Assembly: GCA_951406725.2 (NCBI GenBank)
Contig: OX597830.1
Location: 15,252,001 to 15,316,000, forward strand
Length of the DNA stretch: 64,000 nt
Origin: Octopus vulgaris
Lineage: Eukaryota
Reading direction: 5' to 3'
The position numbers were made by a program, and so were the translations under genes. Within the stretch, counting starts at the first letter, position 1. Each line of letters starts with the position of its first letter. The notes under the pieces were generated by a model. The model saw only the letters and a list, made by a program, of their open reading frames with translations, had not been told where the DNA came from and did not search any database. Below are positions 27,210 through 42,159 of the stretch, one piece after another.

Positions 27210-28329
27210 GTGCGTATGTGTTGTATCACTCAAGTGTGATTAATGGAGTCGATACGTTGAGTATTTTTATGAATGAGATGTTGTAGGTCGTTGGCAGACG
27301 AACAAGAGTAAATATGTTGGCAAATACGATGAAACAGAATAAGTAATGAGGTGAAATCAGGAATCCGTATTGAGTGGGAGAGTTCGGTCAAGAATGTCAT
27401 TGAGTTCAGTTTGCCTCTGGAACGAAGAGGATAAAATGTCTGGGACCATTTTTCAGTTCGTCTGACAGACAGGAAAATAGCGAAATAAGGAATGGATTTT
27501 GCCACGGGTCTAATTTGATGTCAATTCGTTGAGATTTGAATAGTATTTCATGGCGAATCTTCTTTTGTAATTTAACACGAATTCTTAACATATATGCAAG
27601 GCCAGTGGTTCTGGGAGGGCAAATAAGAAATGGAGCTAATTTTGGGATTCGGAGAAACTCGACGAGTTTTGAACCGAGTTCGTGGAGATCTGTTACAAAA
27701 TACTTCGAGGTGTTTTATTCCATCGTCGGTCTATTAATTAGACAATCCATTAGTTACATTCGTAATTTAATTCTAAAACCTGAAAACAATATCTTTATTA
27801 TGTAATTTCTGTATTATATAGCTATTATATTAATTGAAAGTGTGGGTAAGTGATATTCGGTAATTTGATAGACGAATTAAAAGGAATATTCATGGTAGGC
27901 ATATATTCATAATTATTTCTTAATTAGACTTAAGATATCAGCTTTGTAGATTTGGTTAACTGTATGACTGCCCTTTGGCGATCGCCTATCATAATTCATT
28001 TCTCTATTTAGCTATTCAAGGAAAATTGTATGCGACTTCATTCATGCAAAACATAAAACGTTTAAAAAGAGACGTAGTATACAAGGAGGTGTTGGAGCCT
28101 GAGGTTTATATGAGCACAACAGCAAAGAATCCTGCCTGGTGGTAGAATGCAGTAGATCAAATCGACCCTAGGATCTGACTGGTATTCATTTTATTGGGTT
28201 ATAAATGATCAAAAGGCAAAGTTGACCCGACCGGAAAATGAATTCAGATTCTAAACGGAGACCACGAAATATTTTGTCTGGTGGCTCTACTGATTTTGCC
28301 AAGTCACTGCCTTAATAACAATAATAACA

Positions 28330-28786
28330 GTGATTTCAAATTTTGACACAACGCCAGCAATTTCCAGAATAGGGGTAAGTTGATTACATCGACTCCAGTG
28401 CTTGGTTGATATTTAACTTATCGACCCCGAAAAGAATGAAAGGTAAAGTCGAACTCGGCGAAATTTGAACTCAGGACGTAAAGACGGACGAATAGTGCAA
28501 AAGTTTGTCTTAACTTGTACGTCACACAAACTGAGAAGAGCATTGTCGCTGTTTATTTTCTTTCCTTTTTTTTTTCAACTTTATTTTCTTTGTTTACTTT
28601 CATTTTACTTTTTTATTTTTTGTAGTTTTATCTCTGTCTTTCTCCCTATTTTTCTCTATCACATAACTTTCTAAATAAACAACCTGGTGTGTTTATTTGA
28701 ATGGCCAACCAATGTATACCATGAGTTTCTCTGTCCTAGGTGTCAGGAAGACACTCTGCGAGAAATGGAAACAGAATTGAAAGAAG

Positions 28787-28851
<65 letters not shown>

Positions 28852-29080
28852 CCTTTTTACTGTAGGCACAAAGCCTGAAATTTGGAGGGAGGGGGGTAAG
28901 TCGATTACATCGACCCCATTGTTTCACTGGTACTTAATTTATCAATTCCGAAAGGATGATGGGCAAAGTTGATCTCGGCTGAATTAGAATGCAGAACGTA
29001 GTTTGAATTCAGAACGTAAAGCCGGAGTAAATGTCGTTTAGTAATTTATCCGGCATGGTAACGATTTTACCAGCTCACCT
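28330..29080 (-). mobile_element. Two old SINE A copies (~28330-28495, ~28850-29080), the second with an (AAT)n tail
   Basis: Family A body in reverse complement. Confidence 0.75.
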
Positions 29081-29642
29081 ACTTCTTTAATAGTAACAAA
29101 AATTCTGACAATGGCGCAAAACCATAATTTATGGAGAGGGTACGGTCAATTATATTAAGGGGAGAGACAGATTAAAAGTAAAGCAGAAAAATGGAAGGAC
29201 GAAATAATATGGGTAAGCGGAAGATAGGAAAATTTAAGCCAGTTGATGAATGTGTTGAAATTGCCTTGACTTCCTTGAGTCAACAGCTGATGAGGGGCAT
29301 ATTGATATCCATGTCTGTGTTTCTACCTGTCTTGGGTGTTGCTGTTGTGTGTCATTAATTTTTGATCTCTTGGATGATAGCGCCACGTTGATACCTTACT
29401 GGCTTTAATGCAGTTCCTTTTTAATATCACTTAATAACCTCTGCTCCTTTCAGTTTTTCTTTCTCTCTCTCTTTCTCCCTCTTTTTCTCTCTCCTTTTTT
29501 TTCTCTCCGCTTGTTCTCCATCTTATGTTCTCACTCTCTCATCCTTCTCTCTGTACTTTGATAAATCTCTCCATCCCTCTCTTCTCTGTCTGTTTGTTTT
29601 TCTCATCTCTCCCACACATTCTCTCTCTCTACATCTCTCTCT

Positions 29643-29674
<32 letters not shown>

Positions 29675-30061
29675 GACCCTTTCCGACCTGATTCTAATCT
29701 TCTCCCACAACGCTTTTCAGATTTCCTCATGATTCTAAATATACATTCTTCTTTCTTATTGAACTTGAACCTATAACCTACCACTTCATTCTCCCCTATA
29801 TTTCTCTCTTTGTTCTGAGGCTAACATCCAACAATCTGCCATCTCTTTTTCTTCTTGGTGTCATCATTCGTTTCTGTTTATTTCTTTCCTTTCTCTATTC
29901 TTCTCTTGGAATTATTTCTCTGCTACGCCGTCCTGTTCTGGTCCTCCTCACAGTATGACTGAATTATTCCCTGATCTTTCGTTAAGTTGACACACTTCGA
30001 TATTTGCTGCTCTTTATTCTTCTTACGCATGTTGCCAACTGGTCTCATTTTCTCCATTGCT

Positions 30062-30475
30062 GGATCTTTTCGGTTTGAACGGCAGTTTTTTCTAGCGGTG
30101 TCATATGAAATTGTCACCCATAATTATGACCCTAGTATCGATCTATTGCATTTCAATCTGTTTTAGGATTAGGGTTAGGGGGAACGGTGTCTTTTTTTCT
30201 TCACAAATGTAAATAAACCCAATCTGTTTCTTAAACGAGTGACATATTCATACGGCACAGAATGTTTTTTCTACCTCAATAGACGTCAGTGATTGATTGA
30301 AATTGCAGGAATTGAAGAAAAAAAGCAACAAATATCTTACAAACTGTAGAATTTTCTCAATAAAGCCAAGAGAAAAAGATGTTTTATAAACACATTCTAC
30401 CAGTATACGAAGTTTAAAATTTTTTAGTTACCTAGAAATTATTTTTAAAATCTGCCGTTCAAACCGAAAAAATCC
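30062..30475. mobile_element. MITE with 24-bp TIRs
   Basis: ggatcttttcggtttgaacggcag ... ctgccgttcaaaccgaaaaaatcc; flanks ccattgct / caattgtt (6/8 match, possible 8-bp TSD). Confidence 0.85.
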
Positions 30476-31075
30476 CAATTGTTTTGTTGCCTTCCAGTCT
30501 TCCGGCTATCATTGCCTGATAGCATTTGTTGTTAATCTATCGGTATTCTGCCAATAAATTATGCTGATCTTCAATCAATAAACGGTGTTTTACTTTTCTC
30601 CGCTTAAATCACCTTGCGTGCGTGTATGTGTGTGTGTGTGTGTGTATTATGTATGTACGTATGTGAGTGAGTATGTGTGCGCGCGTGTGTGTGTAAAAGA
30701 GAGAAGGGGAGGAAGGAGATGCCCCCTTCTCCCATATTACTTTCCAAGGTTCATTGAGAAAATGGGAGCGAGAGTAAGTTATTTCCCTTTTATGTAGGCG
30801 TTCATTCTCTGGTTGAAAATACATTCACTTCCTATCAAGACAACAAAAACAAAAACGACACATAAAAAGTTCTAAATAAATAAACACAGTTTTGCACATA
30901 AACAATACAATGTAGCGGTTCAAATCAGCTCTAGGTGAGTATGAATATGAAATCATCTGGTTCTGGACAAATGTACTTTGACTAATCATTCTGCGTGACA
31001 TTCTTAAGTCGTATAAACGAAGAAGGTATAGAATGATGTACAGATATATTATGTCTTAATATTTGAGGTGAGAAA

Positions 31076-31520
31076 GGTGGCGAGCTGGCAGAAGCATTAG
31101 CACGCCGGGCGAAATGCTTAGCGGTATCTCGTCTGCCGCTACGTTCTGAGTTCAAATTCCGCCAAGGTCGACTTTTGTCCTCTCTGTATTTAGCCCCTTG
31201 TGGGTAGTAAAGAATTAGGTATTTCGTCTGCCGCTAACTTCTGAGTTCAAATCGACTTAATCCCTTTCTTTGTCTCGTCTACGTTTAGCCCCCTGTGGGC
31301 AATAAAGAAATAAATATATGAGGTGAGATTAAGGCAGCGAACTGGCAGAGTCGTTAGCGCGTCGGGCAAAATGCTTAGCAGTATTTCATTCCTCTTTACG
31401 TCATCAGTTCAAATTCTACCGACATCGATAAAATAAGTACCATTTGAATTTCGGGGGTCGATGTATTTGACTTATCCCCTTCCTCCAAATTCCTGGCTTT
31501 GTGTCAAAATTTGAAACCAA
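31076..31520 (+). mobile_element. Young SINE A dimer with internal deletions (31076-31312) followed by an old SINE A (31333-31520)
   Basis: Target motif aatat(n)aggtgaga present at 31058, 31313 and 31519. Confidence 0.9.
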
Positions 31521-31659
31521 TATAAGGTGAGATAAGTTACATCTTGAACGCATTTAATTCTATTTCTGCTCAATTTGGAACTGTCAGGTGACTAAAGAAT
31601 AAATTTAGTTAATATTTTAGTCTTCTTAAATCATTCACTGTTTTAACAAGGTCGGTCCT

Positions 31660-31845
31660 TTACTCTTTTACTCTTTTACTTGTTTCAGTCATTTGACTGC
31701 GGCCATGATGGAGCACCGCCTTTAGTCGACCCCGGGACTTATTCTTTGTAAGCCCAGTACTTATTCTATCGGTCTCTTTTGCCAAACCGCTAAGTGACGG
31801 GGACGTAAACACACCAGATTCGGTTGTCAAGCAATGCTAGGTGGA

Positions 31846-31888
<43 letters not shown>

Positions 31889-32072
31889 ACATATATATAT
31901 ATATATATATATACATATATGACAGGCTTTTTTCAGTTTCCATCTACAAAATCCACTCACAAGGCATTGGTCGGCCCGGGGCTATAGCAGAAGACACTTG
32001 CCCAAGGTGCCACGCAGTGGGACTGAACCCGGAACCATGTGGTTGGTTAGCGAGCTACTTACCACACAGCCA
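31660..32072 (-). mobile_element. SINE family B
   Basis: Near full length. Confidence 0.92.
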
Positions 32073-32314
32073 CATAGATTTTTACATTGAATCACCTCCA
32101 CGTACAGTAGTGATTCGCTTGTTTTTGCTACTTAGCCCCCTCCTTTCATCGAATGATGTCTTACAAACGATTCCTCTTCGTGTTTTGCAAAAACAACAGA
32201 GAGAAGAAATCAGCAGCTTAATAAAACGGTTGCTACTTTTGTACTGTGGTTTATTACCTGCATTTTCTAATGCTGTTCCTCCAGCATCTTTATAGTTATA
32301 TGTGTATGCTTATA

Positions 32315-32531
32315 GGGCAGTGAGCTGGCAGAACCGTTAGCACGCCGGGCGAAATGCGTAGCCGTTACGTTCTGAGTTCAAATTCCGCCGAGGTCGACTT
32401 TGCCTTTCATCCTTTCGGGGTCGATAAATTAAGTACCAGTTACGCACTGGGGTCGACGTAATCGACTTAATCCATTTGTCTGTCCTTGTTTGTCCCCTCT
32501 GTGTTTAGCCCCTTGTGAGCAATAAAGAAAC
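32315..32531 (+). mobile_element. SINE family A
   Basis: Head to tail; TSD-like tatatgtgtatgcttat / tatatatgtatgattat. Confidence 0.9.
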
Positions 32532-32589
32532 ATATATATGTATGATTATTACCTTCAATGTTAATAAGTAAATACTAAAGAAAGCAGAG

Positions 32590-32852
32590 TGGAGGCGCGT
32601 GGCTTAGTGGTTAGGGTGTCAGCATCATGATCGTAAGATTGTGGTTTCGATTCCTGGATCGGGTGACGCGTTGTGTTCTTGAGCGAAACACTTCATTTCA
32701 CGTTGCTCCAGTCCACTCAGCTGGCAAAAATGCGTAACGCTGCGATGGACTGGCGTCCCGTCCAGCTGGGGAACACATACGCCATTGAAACCGAAAAACC
32801 GGGCCCATGAGCCTGGCTAGGCTTTGAAAGGACGCATTTATTTTTTTCATTT
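32590..32852 (+). mobile_element. SINE family C, full length with 14-bp TSD
   Basis: A box tggcttagtgg, B box ggtttcgattcc; TSD taaagaaagcagag at 32576 and 32853. Confidence 0.93.
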
Positions 32853-32994
32853 TAAAGAAAGCAGAGATTTCTGTAACGAAATTACGATGGAATTCATCTC
32901 TTCATCTGTCATGTTTCTACTCACCGTTCACACACACTCTTCTACTCATATTCTGATCGCAACAAAGAATTTTTTTTAATATGCTTAAAATGTT

Positions 32995-33373
32995 GTTGTG
33001 TGGTAAGAAACTTGCTTCCCAACCACATGGTTTCAGGTTCAGTCCCACTGCGTGGCACTTTGGCCAAGTGTCTTCTGCTATAGCCTCGGGCCGACCAAAA
33101 GCCTTTTTGAGGGGATTTGGTTCCCGGAAACTAAAAGAAGCCCATCTTATATGTATGTGTGAGCGCGAGCGCGTGTGTGTTTCCCACTATCTCTTGATAA
33201 TCGGTGTTGGTGTACTTATGTCCCCAAGACTTAGCGGTTCGGCAAAAGAAATCGATAGAATAAGCACCAGACAAAAAAATGTACTGGAATCGATTCATTC
33301 GACAAAAAATTGTTCAAAGCGATGCCCCAAAATTGCCGCAGTCGAATGATTTAAATAAGTAAAAGATAAAAGA
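32995..33373 (+). mobile_element. SINE family B variant
   Basis: Family B body with private substitutions. Confidence 0.88.
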
Positions 33374-33792
33374 TTGTACATGGTTTAATTATGTATTTCT
33401 AAGGAAAAGCACGACAACGTTAAAGATCCAGCCCTTTTTATCGTGACCCCTGCCATTTGCCGTTCCCATCTTAGGTCATCATGGCTCCGAGAAGGTCTCA
33501 CAGCCCACGTTGAGGACCACTGATCTAAAACATTAGTCATCGCAAACCAAAGGAAGGCTCACGAAGTAGTTGCTTAATCGTTAGAAATAGCAGCCAAATC
33601 ACTTACAACTCATATACTAAAATCTTGGGAAATAAAACACATTGCACAGCGAAGTCCTTATTTATCTGTACTAAGATGATCTTCATCTGTGAAAAAAGGA
33701 AGGGATGGCCACAATTGGAATGGCTTTAATCACAGGTCTACTTAATCATGGATGACCTAGAATAAAACAATATTTGTCACCTTTATATTCCG

Positions 33793-34029
33793 TCTGGTGC
33801 TTATTCTATCGATTTCTTTTGCCGAACCGCTAAGTTTTGGGGATATAAGTACACCAACATCGATTATCAAGAGATGGTGGGAAACACACACACGCTCGCG
33901 TGCACACATACATATAAGATGGGCTTCTTTTAGTTTCCGTGAGCCAAATCCCCTCAAAAAGGCTTTTGCTCGGTCCGAGGCTATAGCAGAAGACACTTGC
34001 CCAAGGTGCCATACAGTGGGACTGAACCA
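33793..34029 (-). mobile_element. SINE family B variant, inverted twin of the 32995 copy
   Basis: Shares the same private substitutions; lacks head and tail. Confidence 0.88.
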
Positions 34030-34584
34030 GGTGTATCTGAAACAATAAATCTTCGGGTGTGAGATTTACGTCTGTGCCATAGATTTTCTTTAGAAGCGAC
34101 TAACAAAAGCTTCACATAACAACAATAACAACAACAACAATATTAGTCAGTAGACATTTGTAATAATACTTAGCTAAATCCCAACGATTAGCCTTCACTG
34201 CTTATTTTAAATCCAGCCATGTAGTGACTAATCCTCGCTGCGCCTGTTAATTCTAATGTTTAATCGCCATTCAGAAAGTCCTTGCTAAATAATATTGAGG
34301 TCAAATAAACTTTACACAACTGATCGGTGACATATTTCAATGGATCTCAAAACTTTAAACATTTTGGCTTATTTCGATACCGCTTTATGTTGAAAGTGCC
34401 TGTTGCCAAAGGTCTGTATTTTCATACATCTATTTTTCTATAGGTGTATAGGACATATTACTATAGGTCACATACGTTGTACATCTCAGCCTTTATTGGA
34501 CAGTATTGTCACCATGAGTCATTATACTACAGATCACAGCTCCTATTGAATAGAAACTCTATATAAATGCTCCCTGTTGACCCA

Positions 34585-34840
34585 GTCAATAGAACAGCCT
34601 GCTCGTGCGATTAGCATGCAAGTGGCTGAGCATTCCACAGACACGCGTACCATTAACGAACTTCTCGGGAAGGTTCAGCGTGACACAGTATGTGACAAAT
34701 ATAGCCCTTTGAATTACTGGTACTACCAATTCTTGACAGCTGAGTGGACTGGAGCAACGTGTCTCAAGGGCACAAGCATCGAACTCATGATTGTACGATC
34801 GTGATCCGAATACCCTTACCACTAAGCTACGTGCATTTCT
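34585..34840 (-). mobile_element. SINE C-related element with a different tail
   Basis: Homologous to 43655-43925 (gctcagccacttgca..aat..gagcaggctgttc). Confidence 0.7.
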
Positions 34841-35277
34841 TATTTCTTTATTGCCCACAAAAGGCCAAACATAGAGGGGACAAACAAGGACAGACAAAGG
34901 GATTAAGTCGATTATATCGACCCCAGTGCGTAATTGGTACTTATCTAACCGACCGCGAAAGGATGAAAGGCAAAGTCAACCTCGGCGGAATTTGAACTCA
35001 AAACATAACGGCAGACGAAATACCGCTAAGCATTTCGCCCGGCGCGCTAACGTTTCTTATTTCTTTACTGCCCACAAGGGGCTAAACACAGAGGGGACAA
35101 ACAAAGATTAAGTCGATTACATCGACCCCAGTGCGTAACTGGTACTTAATTTATCGACCCCAAAAGGATGAAAGGCAAAGTCGACCTCGGGAGAATTTGA
35201 ACTCAGAACGTAACGGCAGACGAAATGCCGATAAGCATTTCGCCCGGAGCGCTAACGTTTCGGCCAGCTCCCCGCCT
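34841..35277 (-). mobile_element. SINE A dimer inserted at the head of the C-related SINE
   Basis: TSD agctacgtgcatttct (34825) / agttacgtgcttttct (35279); internal junction at 35056/35057. Confidence 0.92.
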
Positions 35278-36111
35278 GAGTTACGTGCTTTTCTGCTATA
35301 GGACGGCTGCTGTCGAACAATATATGTGTATGTCGCAATATGTTTTTACGTTATTGGTTCATCCACCATAAGCTAATACTGCCATCAAACAATAATGATA
35401 GAATATTATTAAAGCCAACGACTTTGTAAGTTACTGTTGCTATCGGCTAAAATTGTTATAAATCAAAATTTCCAGAGGATAGTGAATAGTAGTAACGAGT
35501 GAATGACGGATAAACTTGTAGGAGAAACGGCAAAGCGGCTTGATGTTTTTATTTACGTCTGTTTATGTTGTGAGATCATATCCAGTCAGAGTTGAATCAG
35601 ACTTCCATCATTCGACGGATGGATAAAAAAAAACTGAACATTAATATACGGAAAACGAACTAATTGAATGCGCTCTTCAATAACATTTTTGTGATATGGT
35701 ATTACTGTTGCTATAGGTTACTACTACTATAGGTTACAACTGCCATAGGTCAATTGTTCTTAACCTGCACGGAAATGCCCTATTCAAGGCATTGTGAAGG
35801 CACAAAATGGCGGCAAATGTCAAGAAGGTATTAAGGCGGGAAGACACTTGGTGTTTAGAGGAGTCGTTTTTTTTTTGTTTTCTTAGAAATAAAATATTAA
35901 AAGCAGATAAAAATACTTATATTCTCAACATATTTTCAAAAGAAATCTTTAAAATATGAATATGATATTACATTATTAATGAGCAGAAATATGACTGATA
36001 ATGCACCTAGGTCCCACAGTAATTAAAATTTAACACAGAAGGGACCCTAGTTCCTGCAAATCTCTAAAGTGGGCCACATGCTGAACTGGATACGAAAACA
36101 ATATGGGTAAT

Positions 36112-36522
36112 AGGCGAAGGCGTGGCTGTGTGGTAAGAAGTTTGCTTCTCAACCACATGGCTCCGAGTTCAATCTCATTGAGTGGCACTTTTGGGAAATG
36201 TCTTTTAGTATAACCTCGAACCGACCAAAGACTTTTGAGTGGATTTGGTTGACGAAAACTGAAAGAAGCTCATCGTGTATATGTGTATGTGTGTGTGTAC
36301 GTGCGCGCACCTTTGTATTTGTGTTAGTCCCCACCACTGATTGACAACCGGTGTCAGTTTGTTTACGTCCCGGAAACTTGGCAGTTTAGCAAAGGAGGTC
36401 TATAGAATAAGTATCAGGTTCAAAAATATGTACTGGGGTTGAGTTTTTTCAAGGCGATGCCCCAGCATGGCCGCAGTCCGATGGCTGAAACAAGCAAAGG
36501 CTGAAAGAAAAGCTAAAAGATA
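36112..36522 (+). mobile_element. SINE family B (older)
   Basis: Head, body and cccagcatggccgcagtc tail. Confidence 0.85.
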
Positions 36523-37029
36523 ACAAGCCATTGGGGAAAATTATTATTTTTAATAAAACCTTCAATTAATATAAATCAATCAACATTTTTTGTGGGGTGG
36601 CGGCGATAACAAAACATGGGGGCATTTCTAAACCGTTGTCCGATGAAAGTAAGGGAGATTGGGACGTATAAAAGGCTTAGAGACATTGCTTTAGTTTAAG
36701 GGGATTTTAGGGCCAGTGACTCACACATACAGGTTGATGTGGGTTCGGTCAATGCCATAGTCGACAGTTTAATATCAGCGAAGTTGTTACATCTTGCGAA
36801 AGAACACTTCATACTCAACTACAATGGCTGGCAGATGCGTTATTGCTTTAGAAGAGACAATACGTTACAATCATAACTGGTCGATGACTTCTATATAGAT
36901 CAATGAATTCTAATGTTGCGTCCGATATGAATATATATGCATATTTACTTATATATTTACATACATATACAAATTTTGTACATTGTGTGTGCCTCAGTGT
37001 GTGTATGTGTATGTGTGTGTTTACAGAGA

Positions 37030-37650
<621 letters not shown>

Positions 37651-37877
37651 GATGCATGCATGCTTACATACATAATTGCTTCTCTTGTTTGATGATAGCT
37701 CTCGAGGGAGACATACATACGCCAGTATAACATGTATGACACTCGCTAAGTATCCAGTCACGAGCAAGATGATCGGAAATGGCGAGTTTTCTTTAAGAAA
37801 GCTTTCTGCTAGACACTTTCATTAAAAACAAAACCTAAATGCAGTCATCTTCTTTTGCTTCCTGTGCACTGTATGCA

Positions 37878-38110
37878 GTGGAGGCGCGTGGCTTAGTGGT
37901 TAGGGTGCCAGCATCATGATCGTAAGATTGTGGTTTCGATTCCTGGACCGGACGACTCATTGTGTTCTTGAGTAAAACACTTCATTTCACGTTGTTCCAG
38001 TCCACTCTGCTGGCAAAAATGAGTAACGCTGCGTTGGACTGGCGTCCCCTCCAGGTGGAGAACACATACGCCATAGAAACCGGGAAACCGGGCCCATGAG
38101 CCTGGCTAGA
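37878..38110 (+). mobile_element. SINE family C
   Basis: Highly similar to the 32590 copy. Confidence 0.92.
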
Positions 38111-38129
38111 AAAGAAAGGAACAGCGAAT

Positions 38130-38540
38130 TCAAAGCGACTGAGGCTTTGAGTAACTGTATGCCAGTGATTAGAGTAGACCTTTTCTAGATGGGGGTCATT
38201 GATGTTTGTATTGTACAGCAGCGGCATCGACCCAGATGGGTAAGAAATATTCCATTGTAGTATTGCTTCCCTTGAGCTTTATAGTGTAATTGCTGAAGTA
38301 TCTTTAGGCTCTGAAAAGAAAGGTTAGTCGTTGTTGGATGCAGTACTAACTATTTTAAGGCTGGGCTTTTACCAGGAAAAGTATTCTGTAATAGTGAGAC
38401 AAACACGTGGAGTGACTGTCCGATCTTTAGTTCACTGTTGCTTATGATTAAAAGTGGGATGGCCCGTATGACGATGCTGTCTTGGTATAAACAGCATTTG
38501 TTTCCTTGCTGTTGAAAGAAATATCCTGTGATTCTTTGAC
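38130..38540 (-). mobile_element. Possible non-LTR RT remnant
   Basis: Weak motifs ELKIGQSLHVFV and PSGSMPLLYNTNINDP (cf. PQGSVLAPLLYNIYTND). Confidence 0.3.
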
Positions 38541-38544
38541 TTTT

Positions 38545-38965
38545 ATCTTTCATTTATTACCAGGGGCTGGAGCCATGCTGGAGCCACGCTGGAGCCATAC
38601 TGGAACCATGCTGGAGCACTGCCTTCAATGTGTTTGGCTTTCTTTTCTGTACTGCTTTTGGTGAAGTAACGAGTTGCACGGAACTAATTTTCTTTGTGTC
38701 TCCTGCCCCGATGTGGGTTCATCTGGTATTTCAGATAAAGATTTGTCCAGACGCTCTTTGAAGACCGCTACATCCACACCTCGCAAATCTCTCGAAGCTG
38801 CTTGGCAGAATGTTGACCCCCAAGTTTGAGGCCATCCTTCGAGATAGAGAAGACCGGATCTTTGATATTTTGCAGTGTCGTCCAGATCGTTGGCTGGTGT
38901 ATATCTTTCAGGATGATTCTCCGATTTCCAAAGTTTTGGTGCGATTGTACGTGTTCTTGTACAAA
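38545..38965 (-). mobile_element. 3' end of a second CR1/L2-like LINE whose tail matches SINE B
   Basis: Frameshifted C-terminus YTSQRSGRHCKI..NILPSS..RDLRGVDVAVFKERLDK..SEIPDEPT; followed by ggcagtgctccagcatgg with a locally amplified 11-mer. Confidence 0.7.
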
Positions 38966-39179
38966 TATGTGTGTGTGCGTGTGTGTGTTTGAATATATGT
39001 GCGTGCTTCTGTGGGCATGTGTTATTATATGTGTGTGGATGCGTATGTATATATATTTGTGTGCGGATGTGCGTACGTGTGAGTGTGTATATTAAAGCGT
39101 ACTTATGATTGTGTAGACATTCCGTATTGGTGTATCATCTGTGTTGCGCCTGTGTATGTGTATATGTGCGCACGCGTGC

Positions 39180-39243
<64 letters not shown>

Positions 39244-39479
39244 ATATGTAATAACGTAGAGATGGCTTTGCAGAAAATATGAATGTAGGCAATGAATAAA
39301 TATATGTTTTTTAGAGAGCGTATTTATGTGTGTGTGTGTGTGTGTGTGCCTTCATATGAGTGTATATAGATGTGTGCGTGTGTATGTCTATTATTCTTGT
39401 TCGTTTTTGGATAGAGAATTCCTTATTTTGAATAGATCAGTGATTGAAAGACTCTAATGTTTGGTGTAACATTTTCTTA

Positions 39480-40965
<1,486 letters not shown>

Positions 40966-42092
40966 TTGTTAATGTGCTGATATTATTGTTTTGCTCTTGT
41001 TTTGCTCTTGTTTATAATAAATCTATTGGAAAATTCATTTCTACGTATGCATCTCTGTGTGTTGTTTTGATGTCATCAGCGAGGTTTTTCAACTCTTTTA
41101 GTTAGACAGATAGATAAGCAAATGAATAGAGAGACAGACAGACAGATAAGCAGCAGATAGATAGAAAGATAGATAGACAGATAGAAAGCGAGAGAGAGAG
41201 AGAGATGTACGTAGATCGATAGTTAGAGAGAACGGGAATGGGTGAGTGAGAGAGAAAGCAGATGAGAAGAGAAAGAAAGCAGATGATAGAAAGGATAGAA
41301 AAAATTGAATTTTATTAAATAAAAATTGAAGAATGAAAACAAAAACTGATTGAAAACAACTAAGTTCAGGAGAAAGTGGGAGGTGGGAGAGTGAGAGAAG
41401 GAGGAGATATAACGAGATTGACAGAGAGAGAAAGAGAGAGGAGCTGAGAAGGAGATAGACAAAGAGGAAATGAAAGAAGTTTCGTGAAAGAAAGGAAACA
41501 AGAAAAATTAAAACGTGAATCATTAAAAGAAATGTTATGAAATAATGAAAATTTCTATGATATCATTTATGATTCCTTCGTAGTTTCAAGTGGAAAAAAA
41601 TCTGGAAAAATATAACAAAGAAATGAAAGCCTTGTACGTAATATAATTTTAAAAGGTAAAATGGAAGAATCAGACGGTAAGGAGGAGGACAACGAAGGAG
41701 AAGAAAAGAAAAAATGCACGTTATTCGAAGAATATACCCATATAATATAATAATCAACAATTGTAAAGAATTTACGCCAGTATTTGTCATGTTGTTTCAA
41801 TTATTGCTATGTTAAAATTTTATTTTATATTAAAGTTTCCAGCTAACGGTCCTCTGATCAATGGCGGGATGTTAGCAAGAGCGAAGCAATGAAGTTGTGG
41901 GGCGGATTGAGGGTAGAAAGATAGTCGGTTCTTCTTTCCTTTTTCTGGTATCGGTGGTGCCGGCAGAGATGAACTCGTTTTAAATGAAATACTGTTTCGT
42001 TTTATTTTCTATAGTAAATAAACACTGGGAAAATTATCGAAAGAAACTAAAAAGAAAGGAGAGAAAAAAAAAATGTAACTGAAAGAGAAAGA

Positions 42093-42159
<67 letters not shown>

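Noticed and set aside
29286-29340. ctgatgaggg hammerhead-like start (also ctgatga at 61275)
   Set aside because: No closing stem II followed by GAAA.
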